A DNA stretch of 64,000 nt from an uncultured bacterium (GTDB taxonomy: Bacteria > Macinerneyibacteriota > Macinerneyibacteria > Macinerneyibacteriales > DSCS01): assembly GCA_964574875.1 (NCBI GenBank), contig CAZNOX010000001.1, forward strand, positions 80,206 through 144,205, read 5' to 3'. This document shows, piece by piece, positions 47,255 to 56,812 of the stretch. Both the position numbers and the translations under genes were made by a program. Position 1 is the stretch's first letter. Every line of letters starts with the position of its first letter. The notes beneath the pieces are model-generated. The model did no database searches, had not been told where the DNA came from, and saw only the letters and a list, made by a program, of their open reading frames with translations.

Positions 47255-48242
47255 GACCGGTATAGGTGCGGAGACGGTACTTTCCCCCTTCTTTGGAGAG
47301 GGTGTCTGAAGGCCCCAGAAGGACTTTCCCCAGCCCTCCGGGGAGATCCACGGCCAGGTAGGGCAGGGCCAATCCGGAGATATGGCCCTGAAGCGCTTTC
47401 AGCAGGGCGACTCCACGGGAGAGGTCCACCCAGAAATGAGTCACCCCGCGGACCAGGTCGCATTGATGGATATAGTAGGGTTTCACTCCCCGCTCAAGAA
47501 GCCCCATGAAGAGTTTTCTCAGGACTGAAGCATCGTCATTGACCCCTTTGAGAAGGACACTCTGATTCATGAGGATCAGGCCGTTCTCCCTCATCCTGCG
47601 AAGCAGAGCATCTCCCTGCGGAGTCCATTCGGCCGGATGGTTGTAGTGCAGCATGATATAGAGGGGCCCTCTTTTTGAAAGCTCCCTGAGAAGAGACCCG
47701 GTGACCCGTCCCGGATCCACGACGGGGAGACGCGTTCCCACACGGATGACCTTCAGGCCTCCCCTTTCCCTGAAAAGGGCGATCATCTCTCCCAGGAGTC
47801 CCGGGGAGAGAAGAAACGGATCGCCTCCCGAGATGATGATATCCTCGATCCCGTTGTGACGGCAGTAGTCAGCCGCCTCTTTCACCTCATCCGGAGATGC
47901 GGACGAGGGCTTTTCCTTCCAGATGCGTTTGCGCATGCAGTGCCGGCAGTTGGAAGCGCAGAAATTGTCCGCCAGAAAGACGGCGCGCTGAGGATAACGG
48001 TGGATCAGGCGCGGAACAGACATCTTCTCTTCCTCCAGAAAAGGATCGGGAGAGTGAACGGACGCGACCTCGTCATCAGAGGGGACGATCTGTCGAAAAA
48101 CAGGGTCGTCCGGAGAGAATGTCCGGACAAGAGAGAGATAATACTCTGTTGTTTTGAAGGGATACTCCTCTGCAGCGAGGAGAGCCTCTTTTGACAGGAC
48201 GAAGGGCTCGAGAGCGCGGAGCCCGGTGACTATTCTTGACAT
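47226..48242 (-). CDS. KamA/EpmB family radical SAM aminomutase (short form)
   Basis: HRYP, CASNCRHCMRK, IISGGDP, IRVGTR, NHPAE, NQSVLLKGVND, PYYIHQCD, LPGGLGK. Confidence 0.9.
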   Translation of the reverse strand: MSRIVTGLRALEPFVLSKEALLAAEEYPFKTTEYYLSLVRTFSPDDPVFRQIVPSDDEVASVHSPDPFLEEEKMSVPRLIHRYPQRAVFLADNFCASNCRHCMRKRIWKEKPSSASPDEVKEAADYCRHNGIEDIIISGGDPFLLSPGLLGEMIALFRERGGLKVIRVGTRLPVVDPGRVTGSLLRELSKRGPLYIMLHYNHPAEWTPQGDALLRRMRENGLILMNQSVLLKGVNDDASVLRKLFMGLLERGVKPYYIHQCDLVRGVTHFWVDLSRGVALLKALQGHISGLALPYLAVDLPGGLGKVLLGPSDTLSKEGGKYRLRTYTGREVLYGIES

Positions 48243-48658
48243 TCAAGCATGGATTCCAGGGTATCCCTGAGAACTTCCAGCTGTGTCGTGTCGATCCCCC
48301 GGCTGAGTTCTTTCACATAACGGACCCGGGCGTCGATAACCGAAATAACGATTTTTTTGCTCTCTTCGGTAAGATCGATGAGGATCTTTCTCTTGTCCTG
48401 TTCGTCCTTCTTTTTAATGACCAGCCCGGCGTCTTCCATACGGACGATCATCTCTGAAATGGTGCTCGGAGCAAGGACAAGGCGCTCACAGAGGTCTTTG
48501 AGGCTCTGGGGGCCCTGAAAGTAGACCGTGACGATAATATTGAACTGAGAGCCCGAGATCCCGAACTTGGCCAGCTCTCCCCTTCCGTATCGGAAAAGGT
48601 TGATATAAAAACGCCGGAAAGCCAGCTCCAACTGTGCATACAGGGTCTGTTCACTCAT
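48230..48658 (-). CDS. MarR family transcriptional regulator
   Basis: ISGSQFNII, LAPSTISEMIVRMEDAGLV, DEQDKRKILIDLT; ATG 48658 overlaps the pyrI TGA. Confidence 0.88.
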   Translation of the reverse strand: MSEQTLYAQLELAFRRFYINLFRYGRGELAKFGISGSQFNIIVTVYFQGPQSLKDLCERLVLAPSTISEMIVRMEDAGLVIKKKDEQDKRKILIDLTEESKKIVISVIDARVRYVKELSRGIDTTQLEVLRDTLESMLECQE

Positions 48659-49125
48659 CAGCGGCCGTCCTTTTCGATCATATTCGGTTTGACTTCCCAC
48701 ACCCGTTCACAGTAACGGCACTTGACCTTGACCTTCTCTTTATCGATGACATCGAAGGCGGCCTTGACTTTTTCCTGGTTGGTGATGCAGTTGGGATTCA
48801 TACAGGTGAGAAACCCTTCAATGGCGTCAGGGACATCAATGTCGCGTTTTTCCACGACTTTGCCCTCTTTGATGATATTGATCGTCGCCTGGGGAGCCAC
48901 AAGGGCGATCTTGTCCGTCTCCTCTTTTTTAATGATCTTATGTTCAAATTTGATCAGGTCTTTTTTGCCCACCTGACGGGAATCAAAATTGAGCCCGATG
49001 GAAATCATCCCTTCGTTTTTATGTCCTAAAATGTCCAGGACCAGAAGCCCCAGAGGTGAAGGGATGTGGTCGATCACAGTCCCCTCTTCTATTTTGAAGA
49101 CACGGAAACTCCTGTCGCTGCTCAT
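48658..49125 (-). CDS. pyrI: Aspartate carbamoyltransferase regulatory chain
   Basis: IEEGTVIDHIP, KKDLIK, APQATINII, zinc ligands CMNPNCI and CRYC. Confidence 0.95.
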   Translation of the reverse strand: MSSDRSFRVFKIEEGTVIDHIPSPLGLLVLDILGHKNEGMISIGLNFDSRQVGKKDLIKFEHKIIKKEETDKIALVAPQATINIIKEGKVVEKRDIDVPDAIEGFLTCMNPNCITNQEKVKAAFDVIDKEKVKVKCRYCERVWEVKPNMIEKDGR

Positions 49126-49136
49126 TGCCGACCTCC

Positions 49137-50060
49137 TTATTTTATGGTTCCCAGGACAAGCCCCAGGAGAGCCTGCCGGACGGGAACACCGTTATGAGCT
49201 TGTTCAAAATAGATGGCCCGATGATCATCGTCCACATCTTCTGAGATCTCGTCCACCCTCGGGAGGGGATGCATGATGTAAGTGCTCTCTCCGAGAAGGG
49301 CGATGCTCTCCCTGTCCAGGATGTAGGATCCTTTCACACGCTCATATTCCATGGGGTCGAAAAAGCGTTCTTTTTGAATGCGCGTGCAGTAGAGAAAATC
49401 AAGTGAGGATGCATCCTGATCCAAAAGATCACGCTCTTCGAAATCGATTTTTTTCGTTTTGAGAAAATCTGTGTAGTGTTCGGGCATCTTCAGCTCTTTG
49501 GGAGAGATGAAGACGAGCCTGACGTTGAAAAAAGAGAGGGCGATGAGCAGAGAATGGGTCGTCCGGCCGTATTTCAGATCTCCCATGAGTCCGATGGTCT
49601 TGCCGTCGAGCGAGCCCTTCTTTTCCATCATGGTAAAGATATCCAGAAATGTCTGTGTGGGATGCTGATTGGCGCCGTCTCCGGCATTGATCACCGGGAC
49701 AGTGGCCGCCTGGGAAGCGCGCCGGGCTGCCCCTTCGATCTTATGGCGCATGACAATGGCATCGCAATATCCCGTGATCGTCTTGATGGTATCGGTGAGT
49801 GACTCCCCCTTCTGAACCGAAGAGGAGGCTGAGGACGAAAACCCGAAAATACTCCCCCCCTGCTGAAGGACCGCTGTCTCGAAAGAGAGCCGTGTCCTCG
49901 TCGAGGGTTCGAAAAAGAGTGTGGCCACGGTCTTCCCTTGTAAAAACCCTTTATGTTTCCCCTCTTTGACTTCAGCAGACTTTTCCATGAGATAAAGCAA
50001 TTCATCCTTATCCATATCATTCAGCGAAATGAAAGACCGCCCTGTAAAATTAAGCCCCAT
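49137..50060 (-). CDS. pyrB: Aspartate carbamoyltransferase catalytic chain
   Basis: FFEPSTRTRLSF, KGESLTDT, NAGDGANQHPTQ, GDLKYGRT, MHPLPR. Confidence 0.97.
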   Translation of the reverse strand: MGLNFTGRSFISLNDMDKDELLYLMEKSAEVKEGKHKGFLQGKTVATLFFEPSTRTRLSFETAVLQQGGSIFGFSSSASSSVQKGESLTDTIKTITGYCDAIVMRHKIEGAARRASQAATVPVINAGDGANQHPTQTFLDIFTMMEKKGSLDGKTIGLMGDLKYGRTTHSLLIALSFFNVRLVFISPKELKMPEHYTDFLKTKKIDFEERDLLDQDASSLDFLYCTRIQKERFFDPMEYERVKGSYILDRESIALLGESTYIMHPLPRVDEISEDVDDDHRAIYFEQAHNGVPVRQALLGLVLGTIK

Positions 50061-50562
50061 TCTTCTCCCCCTTCTCATCTTGTTTTCTGTGCTCTTTAAA
50101 AAACAGGATTATACAGACAATACCAACAAAAATAAAAGCGTCAGCTGCGTTGAAGACAGGCCAGCGCGTCTGCGCATTGATCCCGAAATCAAGAAAATCA
50201 CGGACGCTGTTGAATCTTATCCGGTCGAGGATGTTCCCGATGGCTCCGCCGAAGATAAGGCCGTAGGCGGCTAAGACCACCGGACGCTGCTGAGTGATCC
50301 CCCGGAAGGCAAAGATCAGGATCACCACGACGATGAGAGAGACCCAGAGCAGAAGCGAGGAGAATCCCTGAAAGATCCCGAAGGCGATCCCCGAATTTTT
50401 CAGATAAGTGAGCCGGAAGAGATCCCCGAGGACAGAAATGCTCTGGTTCAGCATCATGCGGGATGCGATCCACTCCTTGGTGATGATGTCCACCGCCAGG
50501 GAGAAGAGGAAAGCGGCGGCGATGATGATGTGGCTATTTTGTCTTATTCTTTTCATATTCAC
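50050..50562 (-). CDS. lspA: Lipoprotein signal peptidase II
   Basis: DIITK, KNSGIAFG, GGAIGNILDR, VRDFLD, VFNAAD. Confidence 0.95.
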   Translation of the reverse strand: MNMKRIRQNSHIIIAAAFLFSLAVDIITKEWIASRMMLNQSISVLGDLFRLTYLKNSGIAFGIFQGFSSLLLWVSLIVVVILIFAFRGITQQRPVVLAAYGLIFGGAIGNILDRIRFNSVRDFLDFGINAQTRWPVFNAADAFIFVGIVCIILFFKEHRKQDEKGEKNGA

Positions 50563-50917
50563 TTTTACAGGTTATACAGCGGACAGCATAGGGCATGACT
50601 TCCAGACGCTCGTCTGAGATCCTGGCTCCGCAATCCTGACAGATCCCGTAGGTCCCCTCTTCGATCCTTTTTAACGCAGCATCGATGGCTGCCAGAATGA
50701 TCTCTTCGGAGTTCTTCAGTTTAAACCCCAGTTCCGCTTCTGTGAGGGAGTCTGCAATATCAGCCAGATGGATGGGATAGGCGGAGTCGCCGTACTCTTT
50801 GGCGCTGGAATGGTGGATGTGCTGGTCCTCAATGGAGTCCAGGTCTTCCAGGATACTGTTTTTCAATTCGGTCAATATGCTTTTATAATACTCGAGGCGT
50901 TCTTTTTTCATGGGCAC
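50534..50917 (-). CDS. TraR/DksA C4 zinc-finger protein
   Basis: HLADIAD, ALKRIEEGTYGICQDC..ERLEVMPYAVRCITC. Confidence 0.92.
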   Translation of the reverse strand: MPMKKERLEYYKSILTELKNSILEDLDSIEDQHIHHSSAKEYGDSAYPIHLADIADSLTEAELGFKLKNSEEIILAAIDAALKRIEEGTYGICQDCGARISDERLEVMPYAVRCITCKSEYEKNKTK

Positions 50918-53677
50918 TCACCTGCCTTCTTCTTGGACAACGCGGACACAGCGGCTGCACAGGTCCGGATGGTTCTCACTTTTTCCTACTGTCGGGGAAT
51001 ATTCCCAGCAACGCGAACACTTCTCATGAGGCGATTTGACAGCCCCTATGGAGAGGCCCGGCCAGTCGCTGCACGGGCTCATCCCGTCCTTTTTTTCCAC
51101 AAAGACAGAAGAGACGATGTTCATCCGGCGCAGATCGTCCAGATGGCTTCTCAGGAAAGCTTCATCGTCCTGATCGTCTGTATGAAGATAAATATAGGCA
51201 TCCAGAGAGTGTCCGATCTCTCCGGAGTTTCGTTTGGCTTCAAGGATACGGCGGATATCGTCACGTAACGAGTCAAGACGCTCCCATTTTTCTGTGAGCT
51301 CTCTCTCCTCAGGGCAACTGATCTCCGGCCAGAGGGACAGATGAACGCTCTCTTCCAGAGAGGCCATCTCACGGAGATATCCCCAGACTTCTTCGGCCGT
51401 AAAGGGGATGAGAGGGGCAAGCATCCGGGTCAGGGCGGTGACCGTCTCCCAGACTACAGTCAATGTGGCCCTCCGGCTCATCCATTCTTTCCCGTCGGCA
51501 TAGAGGTTGGATTTACTCCCGTCCAGGTAAGACGAGGAGAGTTTCACCGTGCAATAGTTGTGAATCGTATGGAAGACCTTGTGAAACTCAAAAGCCTCAT
51601 AGGCCTTGTCCACATCCCTGGTGAGGGATTTCAGTTCCAGCATCATGTGACGGTCGATCTCAGGCATCTTCTCATAATCCACACGCCCCTTCTCCACATC
51701 AAACCCGTGGAGGACACCCAGCATAAAGCGCAGGGTGTTCCTGATCCTCCGGTAGGCTTCTGCGATGCGTTTCATGATCTCTGCAGAGAGCGGGACATCG
51801 TTACGGTAGTTTTCAGAAGCGATCCAGAGCCTGAGGACGTCAGCTCCGTACTCCCTGATGACATCCTGGGGGTCCACACCGTTCCCCTGGGACTTGGACA
51901 TCTTCCGTCCTTCTCCGTCGACGATAAAACCGTGGGTCAGGACTGTTTTGAAGGGAGCTCTCCCCTGTTCTGCCGTACTCAGGGTAATGGCGCTGTTGAA
52001 CCATCCCCTGTGCTGGTCCGACCCTTCGAGATAGAGGTCAGCGGGGAGGCCAAGAGCCTCAGACTTTTCCACAACACTCTTGTAGCTGGATCCCGATTCA
52101 AACCAGACGTCCAGAATATTCATATCTTTTTCAAGCCCCGCATGGCCGCAGGAGGGGCAGCGGTTGAGTTCCCCCAGGATCTCGTCTTCTGTCCTGGTGA
52201 ACCATCCGTCAGAGCCCTCTTCACCGATAAACTCCGCAGCTCGCTTCATGATCTTCTCGTCCACGGCATACTCAGAGCATTCCGGGCAGTGAAACATCGT
52301 GATGGGGACTCCCCAGCTTCTCTGCCGTGAGATACACCAGTCGGGACGGTCCTGGACCATCCCCCTGATCCTGTTTTCTCCCCATTCGGGGATCCATTCT
52401 GTCTGTCCGATCTCATCGAGGATATGCTTTCTGAGATCCTTATGGTCGATCTTGACAAACCACTGCTCCGTGGCCCGGAAGATGACAGGCTTTTTGCACC
52501 GCCAGCAATGGGGATAGGAGTGAGAGATGGTTCCGGCGTGAACGAGAGCCTTCTTCTGCCGCAGAAGTTCCATGATAGGCTCATTGGCTTCAAAGACCGA
52601 GACGCCCTCCATGGGTTTGAACTCCGCAGTAAAACGCCCGTTGTCATCCACGGGGTTCAATATGGGAAGGCCGTACTTCAGCCCTGTGATATAATCCTCC
52701 TGCCCGTGTCCCGGGGCAGTATGGACACATCCGGTCCCTGTATCATCAGTCACATAGTCCGCCAGGACGACCCGGCTCAGACGTCCGTCAATGAAGGGAT
52801 GTCTCGCTTCGCGCCCTTCCAGCTCTCGTCCGGTGAACTTCTCCGTGACGGTGTACTCTGTGATCCCGATCTCCTCCATCATCTTTTCAAGAAGAGGTTC
52901 TCCGACGATCCAGTGTTCGCCGTTCACAGCCACATCCACATAGGTGAAGTCAGGATGAAGAGCGATGGCCACATTGGCGGGGAGGGTCCATGGCGTGGTG
53001 GTCCAGATGATGAAAAAAGTCCCCTTCTTTTCACTGTCTTCAAACTTGACCGTGATGGAGGGAGAGGCATGATCCCCGTATTCGATCTCGGCTTCTGCCA
53101 GTGCTGTGGTGCAGTGTGAACACCAGTAAACGGGTTTTTTCTGTCTGAAGATATAACCGTCCATCACAAGTTTTGTAAAGATCTCGACGATCCCCTTTTC
53201 ATAACTCCTGTCGATGGTCAGGTAAGGCTTGTCCCACTCTCCGAAGATCCCCAGCCGTTCAAAATCCCTGCGCTGTTTTTCCACGTATTTCAAAGCGTAA
53301 TTCCGGCACTTCCTCCGGAATTCAGGAACCGAAAGAGCTTCGCTCCCCGGCTGTTTGGAGACTTCCAGTTCAATGGGGAGACCGTGACAGTCCCATCCGG
53401 GGATATAGGGGGTCTTGTACCCCTTGAGTGATTTGTACTTCAGGATAAAGTCTTTTAATGTCTTGTTCAGGGCATGCCCCATGTGGATCATGCCGTTGGC
53501 ATAGGGAGGGCCGTCGTGGAGAATATATTTCCCGCCGTTTTCCCTTTTTTTTATGATCTCTTCATAGATCCCCTTGTCCCGGCTCCATTGTTCAATGATC
53601 TCTTTTTCCCGGACAGGGAGATTGGCTCTCATGGGAAAATCGGTTTTGGGTAAATTCAAAGTCTCTTTGTAATCCAC
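50918..53677 (-). CDS. ileS: Isoleucyl-tRNA synthetase (type 1, with C-terminal zinc finger)
   Basis: LHDGPPYANG, HMGH, PGWDCHGLP, DWCISRQR, KMSKS, CSRCW...CSRC. Confidence 0.98.
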   Translation of the reverse strand: MDYKETLNLPKTDFPMRANLPVREKEIIEQWSRDKGIYEEIIKKRENGGKYILHDGPPYANGMIHMGHALNKTLKDFILKYKSLKGYKTPYIPGWDCHGLPIELEVSKQPGSEALSVPEFRRKCRNYALKYVEKQRRDFERLGIFGEWDKPYLTIDRSYEKGIVEIFTKLVMDGYIFRQKKPVYWCSHCTTALAEAEIEYGDHASPSITVKFEDSEKKGTFFIIWTTTPWTLPANVAIALHPDFTYVDVAVNGEHWIVGEPLLEKMMEEIGITEYTVTEKFTGRELEGREARHPFIDGRLSRVVLADYVTDDTGTGCVHTAPGHGQEDYITGLKYGLPILNPVDDNGRFTAEFKPMEGVSVFEANEPIMELLRQKKALVHAGTISHSYPHCWRCKKPVIFRATEQWFVKIDHKDLRKHILDEIGQTEWIPEWGENRIRGMVQDRPDWCISRQRSWGVPITMFHCPECSEYAVDEKIMKRAAEFIGEEGSDGWFTRTEDEILGELNRCPSCGHAGLEKDMNILDVWFESGSSYKSVVEKSEALGLPADLYLEGSDQHRGWFNSAITLSTAEQGRAPFKTVLTHGFIVDGEGRKMSKSQGNGVDPQDVIREYGADVLRLWIASENYRNDVPLSAEIMKRIAEAYRRIRNTLRFMLGVLHGFDVEKGRVDYEKMPEIDRHMMLELKSLTRDVDKAYEAFEFHKVFHTIHNYCTVKLSSSYLDGSKSNLYADGKEWMSRRATLTVVWETVTALTRMLAPLIPFTAEEVWGYLREMASLEESVHLSLWPEISCPEERELTEKWERLDSLRDDIRRILEAKRNSGEIGHSLDAYIYLHTDDQDDEAFLRSHLDDLRRMNIVSSVFVEKKDGMSPCSDWPGLSIGAVKSPHEKCSRCWEYSPTVGKSENHPDLCSRCVRVVQEEGR

Positions 53678-53721
53678 GTCTCTTTCCTCCTCTAAAGCCC
53701 CTTGCGGGGTGTTGCCGTCTT

Positions 53722-54663
53722 CTACCAGCTCAATCCGTAGGAAATACGGTGGGTGGCCCCCATATCACCGTACGGAGCATAAGCATAATCCAGATGCCCG
53801 TCGAGTTTTTTGATCTTTTCACGGACTCCGAAACCGAAACTGATGCAATCCATGACATCATAATTCTCTTTGTGGCGGTATCCGGCCCTCACTGAAAGCC
53901 AGTCCGTCCACAGATACTCTACGCCTCCCGAAGGGGTGTATGTCTGCTCCCAATAGCCCTCGATATCCGCAGTCAGGACCAGTTTGTCTTTCATCTCCCC
54001 GTTTCTGAAGGTGTAGGAGATCCCCGCATTTGCCGTGAGCGGCATGGGAAAATCCCGCAGCTCAGTGTATCCGATCCGTGTTGTGGATGCATTCCGGACA
54101 GAGGCGGCCAGTTTGATCCGCTGATCCATAAGCATGATCTTGATTCCGCCGTTGAATCCCCAGTTGAGATCATCATACCCGTCGAGTCCGGTGTGTTCAT
54201 AGATCCCCGAGACGCTGCCCCCGAGAAACATATTCTCACTCACGGGGAGCCCCACGCCGAAACTGCCGGCTATATTGTAAAAATGAAGGCTCTCGCCTGT
54301 CTCCAGGCCTGTATTATCCCTTTCGTCCATGGTGAACGTGATCCCCCGGAGGTCGAGCCCGAAGATCATGCCGAAATACTTTTTTGCAAAAGCCAGGTAT
54401 TCAGCCCGCACATCACCGAACATCTCATTATGGGAAAAGGTGATCTCCATGTGCTCCACATGGGCCAGGCCTGCAGGATTCAGGCAGAAGGCATCCAGCC
54501 CGGACAAGACCGCCAGGCCTCCTCCGCCCAGAGCCAGGCTGCGTGCAGACATGTTCATCCGGAGAAGCTGTGCGCCTGTCCGGCCGGTTCCGGTGGTCTC
54601 AAAAGCCCGGGCCCCGCCTGCAAGGATCACAGCAAAGAGTAAAATGGCCAGAATCTTTTTCAT
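53722..54663 (-). CDS. PorV/PorQ family outer-membrane barrel (T9SS-associated, FadL-like fold)
   Basis: Signal peptide; GAQLLRMNMSARSLALGG, NPAGLA, SHNEMFGD, RAGY, DYAYAPYGDMGATHRISYGLSW. Confidence 0.82.
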   Translation of the reverse strand: MKKILAILLFAVILAGGARAFETTGTGRTGAQLLRMNMSARSLALGGGGLAVLSGLDAFCLNPAGLAHVEHMEITFSHNEMFGDVRAEYLAFAKKYFGMIFGLDLRGITFTMDERDNTGLETGESLHFYNIAGSFGVGLPVSENMFLGGSVSGIYEHTGLDGYDDLNWGFNGGIKIMLMDQRIKLAASVRNASTTRIGYTELRDFPMPLTANAGISYTFRNGEMKDKLVLTADIEGYWEQTYTPSGGVEYLWTDWLSVRAGYRHKENYDVMDCISFGFGVREKIKKLDGHLDYAYAPYGDMGATHRISYGLSW

Positions 54664-54672
54664 AGCCCCCCC

Positions 54673-55065
54673 TTAATCGATAAAGACGAATTTGCCCTTG
54701 TAGGCTTCGTCGTCAGTCCCTGTCGCCGTGGGAAACGTCACGGTGAGGGCATAAAAGTAGACCCCGCCTGCCACGACCCAGCCGTTGTCGTTTTGGCCGT
54801 TCCAGGTGACTGTTCCCGTGGAGAGGAGGGCCAGGTCAGTGACCTTGACCAGGCGGACCCGGTCGCCGTTGAGATTGTAAATCGTCAATTCCGCTGTGAC
54901 AGCGTCTGCCCTGATATTGAAATCGATCCCGCCATTGGCAGAGTTGTTTTCTCCGAAACGCCACGGATTGGGGTGTGGTGCCGGTTCCACGGCAAAGAGC
55001 ACCCCGGTGAGCACAAATGCCATAAGGAAAAGCGTCAGGAATTTTGAAAAAGCTTTCAAAATCAA
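54673..55065 (-). CDS. Small exported protein consisting only of a T9SS type-A CTD / FlgD-Ig-like domain
   Basis: Signal peptide then PHPNPW, LTIYNLNGDRVR, TWNGQNDNG..VAGGVYFY, terminal KGKFVFID. Confidence 0.72.
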   Translation of the reverse strand: MILKAFSKFLTLFLMAFVLTGVLFAVEPAPHPNPWRFGENNSANGGIDFNIRADAVTAELTIYNLNGDRVRLVKVTDLALLSTGTVTWNGQNDNGWVVAGGVYFYALTVTFPTATGTDDEAYKGKFVFID

Positions 55066-55090
55066 CCTCCTTTGGTTTCAGATACTACGT

Positions 55091-55915
55091 TTATTTCACT
55101 TCTCTGTCAAGTTCTTTAATGACACGGGCGATGACACGCGCCAAAAGCTCTCCGCTTTGAGAAGCCGTGGTCACAACATCCTCAAAAGACCCTTTATTTG
55201 CGCCTTTTCCGCCGAATTTATTGGCGATGACAGAAAATCCCAGAACTCGCATTCCGCAATGGACAGCGGCGATCACCTCCGTGACCGTGGACATGCCCAC
55301 AGCATGCGCTCCCAGAAGACTCACCATGCGGTATTCGGCATCCGTCTCCATCGAGGGGCCCCGTAATCCGAAATAGACTCCTTCTTTCAGAGGAACCCCT
55401 TCGTCAGCAGCGGCCTTCCGGGCCAGCCTCTGCAGTTCCGGGTCATAAGCTTTGTCCATTTCAGGAAAGCGCGGGCCGAGACTGTCATCATTGGGCCCGG
55501 TGAGAGGGTTGCCCCCTGTGAAGTTGATATGGTCTGTGATCAGCATGAGGTCACCGGGGTCAAGATGGCTTCCCACTCCGCCGGCGGCATTGGAGACGAT
55601 ATAGACCCGGCATCCCAGAAGGCGCATGACGCGCACGGGGAAGGCGATGTCAGCAGGCCCGTAGCCCTCATACAAGTGAAAACGGCCCTGCATGAAGAGG
55701 ACATTCCGGTTTCCCACGCGGTTCATGGCAAGGATCCCCTCATGGGTCCCCACCGTGGAGAGGGGAAACCCGGGGATCTCCTGATAGGGGATCTCGGCCA
55801 GACGTTCTCCCGACCGGGCCAATCCACCGAGTCCGGTTCCCAGGACCACGCCGATGCCGGGGTCTGAAAAGCCCCTTTCCCTGAGATATTCTGCTGTCTT
55901 CCGGTATTGTTCCAT
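55091..55915 (-). CDS. punA: Purine-nucleoside phosphorylase (trimeric PunA/XapA type)
   Basis: VVLGTGLG, GRFHLYEG, SNAAGG, GPRFPEM, GPSMET, VGMST. Confidence 0.93.
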   Translation of the reverse strand: MEQYRKTAEYLRERGFSDPGIGVVLGTGLGGLARSGERLAEIPYQEIPGFPLSTVGTHEGILAMNRVGNRNVLFMQGRFHLYEGYGPADIAFPVRVMRLLGCRVYIVSNAAGGVGSHLDPGDLMLITDHINFTGGNPLTGPNDDSLGPRFPEMDKAYDPELQRLARKAAADEGVPLKEGVYFGLRGPSMETDAEYRMVSLLGAHAVGMSTVTEVIAAVHCGMRVLGFSVIANKFGGKGANKGSFEDVVTTASQSGELLARVIARVIKELDREVK

Positions 55916-55954
55916 AGCATCCTTCCTTTTTAAAACGGCTTTCCCGGCCCGGGG

Positions 55955-56812
55955 TCAAAAAATGAAATTGATGATCAGGATGAGAAACCACCGGACAATG
56001 ATCATCACAGCGATGGCCACCACAGGGGTAAAATCCAGCCCGATCTTGTAAGGAGGAAAGAGGCGCCGGAGCGGCATGAGGAGGGGCTCGGTGAGAAAGA
56101 CGAGGTTTTCCATGATAAAGTTGTTCTGGGGGACGGCAAACCAGGAAAAGAGAGCCCTGAGAATGATGAGAATGACCCAGAGGGACATAAACATGTTGAC
56201 CAGAGCTTCCAGCCCGCGGCCGAGGTTTTCCATGAAAGAGACAGCGTCTCCCAACAGGCCGCTGAGCAGGGTCATGATGAACGCACTGAGAAGAAGGACA
56301 AAAAAGATCCCCAGGAATGGTGTATAATCCCTCCTCTTTCCGCACAGCCCGGGGAAGACCCTTCTCCAGGGGGCGATGACCGTGTCGCTTGCAAAATGGA
56401 TGATCCGGGCGAGCTCACCGTAAGCATAGGGGCCCCGCATGAGGATGAAAAAGTCGGCGATGAAAAGAAAACAGAAGAGGTAGAAAAAATAGGTCACGAA
56501 AGAGGCTGTCATATAGACGAGCCCTCCGAACGCTGTCTTGTCCGGATTGTCAAAAATCCAGAAAAAGGAATAGAGGCTGACAAAGATGATGGTGACATAG
56601 AGGGCACGGACATCATGTTTCCGCGCAGTCACCTTCTTGTGCCCGAAAAGGCGCAGAACAGGTTCTGTCGCGTAATAGATCACCTTATAAAGACGGTTGA
56701 AGATGATCTGTTTTCTGAACGGCACAAAAAGCCGGATGATAAAAAACATGATGTAGGTGTTCAGGAGGATGACAATCAAGTTCAGAGAATATGTAAACCG
56801 TACAATATGCAT
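55955..56812 (-). CDS. yggT: YggT family membrane protein with two tandem YggT domains
   Basis: ATEPVLRLF, DTVIAPWRR..DYTP, LTEPLLMPLRR..GLDFTPVVA; start ATG 56812 abuts the yggS stop. Confidence 0.75.
   Translation of the reverse strand: MHIVRFTYSLNLIVILLNTYIMFFIIRLFVPFRKQIIFNRLYKVIYYATEPVLRLFGHKKVTARKHDVRALYVTIIFVSLYSFFWIFDNPDKTAFGGLVYMTASFVTYFFYLFCFLFIADFFILMRGPYAYGELARIIHFASDTVIAPWRRVFPGLCGKRRDYTPFLGIFFVLLLSAFIMTLLSGLLGDAVSFMENLGRGLEALVNMFMSLWVILIILRALFSWFAVPQNNFIMENLVFLTEPLLMPLRRLFPPYKIGLDFTPVVAIAVMIIVRWFLILIINFIF

Noticed and set aside
47254-47320. 6S RNA upstream of the 5-formyl-THF cyclo-ligase gene
   Set aside because: The upstream space is occupied by the overlapping KamA-family CDS, leaving no room
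22732-53722. T-box leaders before serS, proS or ileS
   Set aside because: The upstream gaps are too short (about 135, 48 and 44 nt) and no T-box consensus was seen
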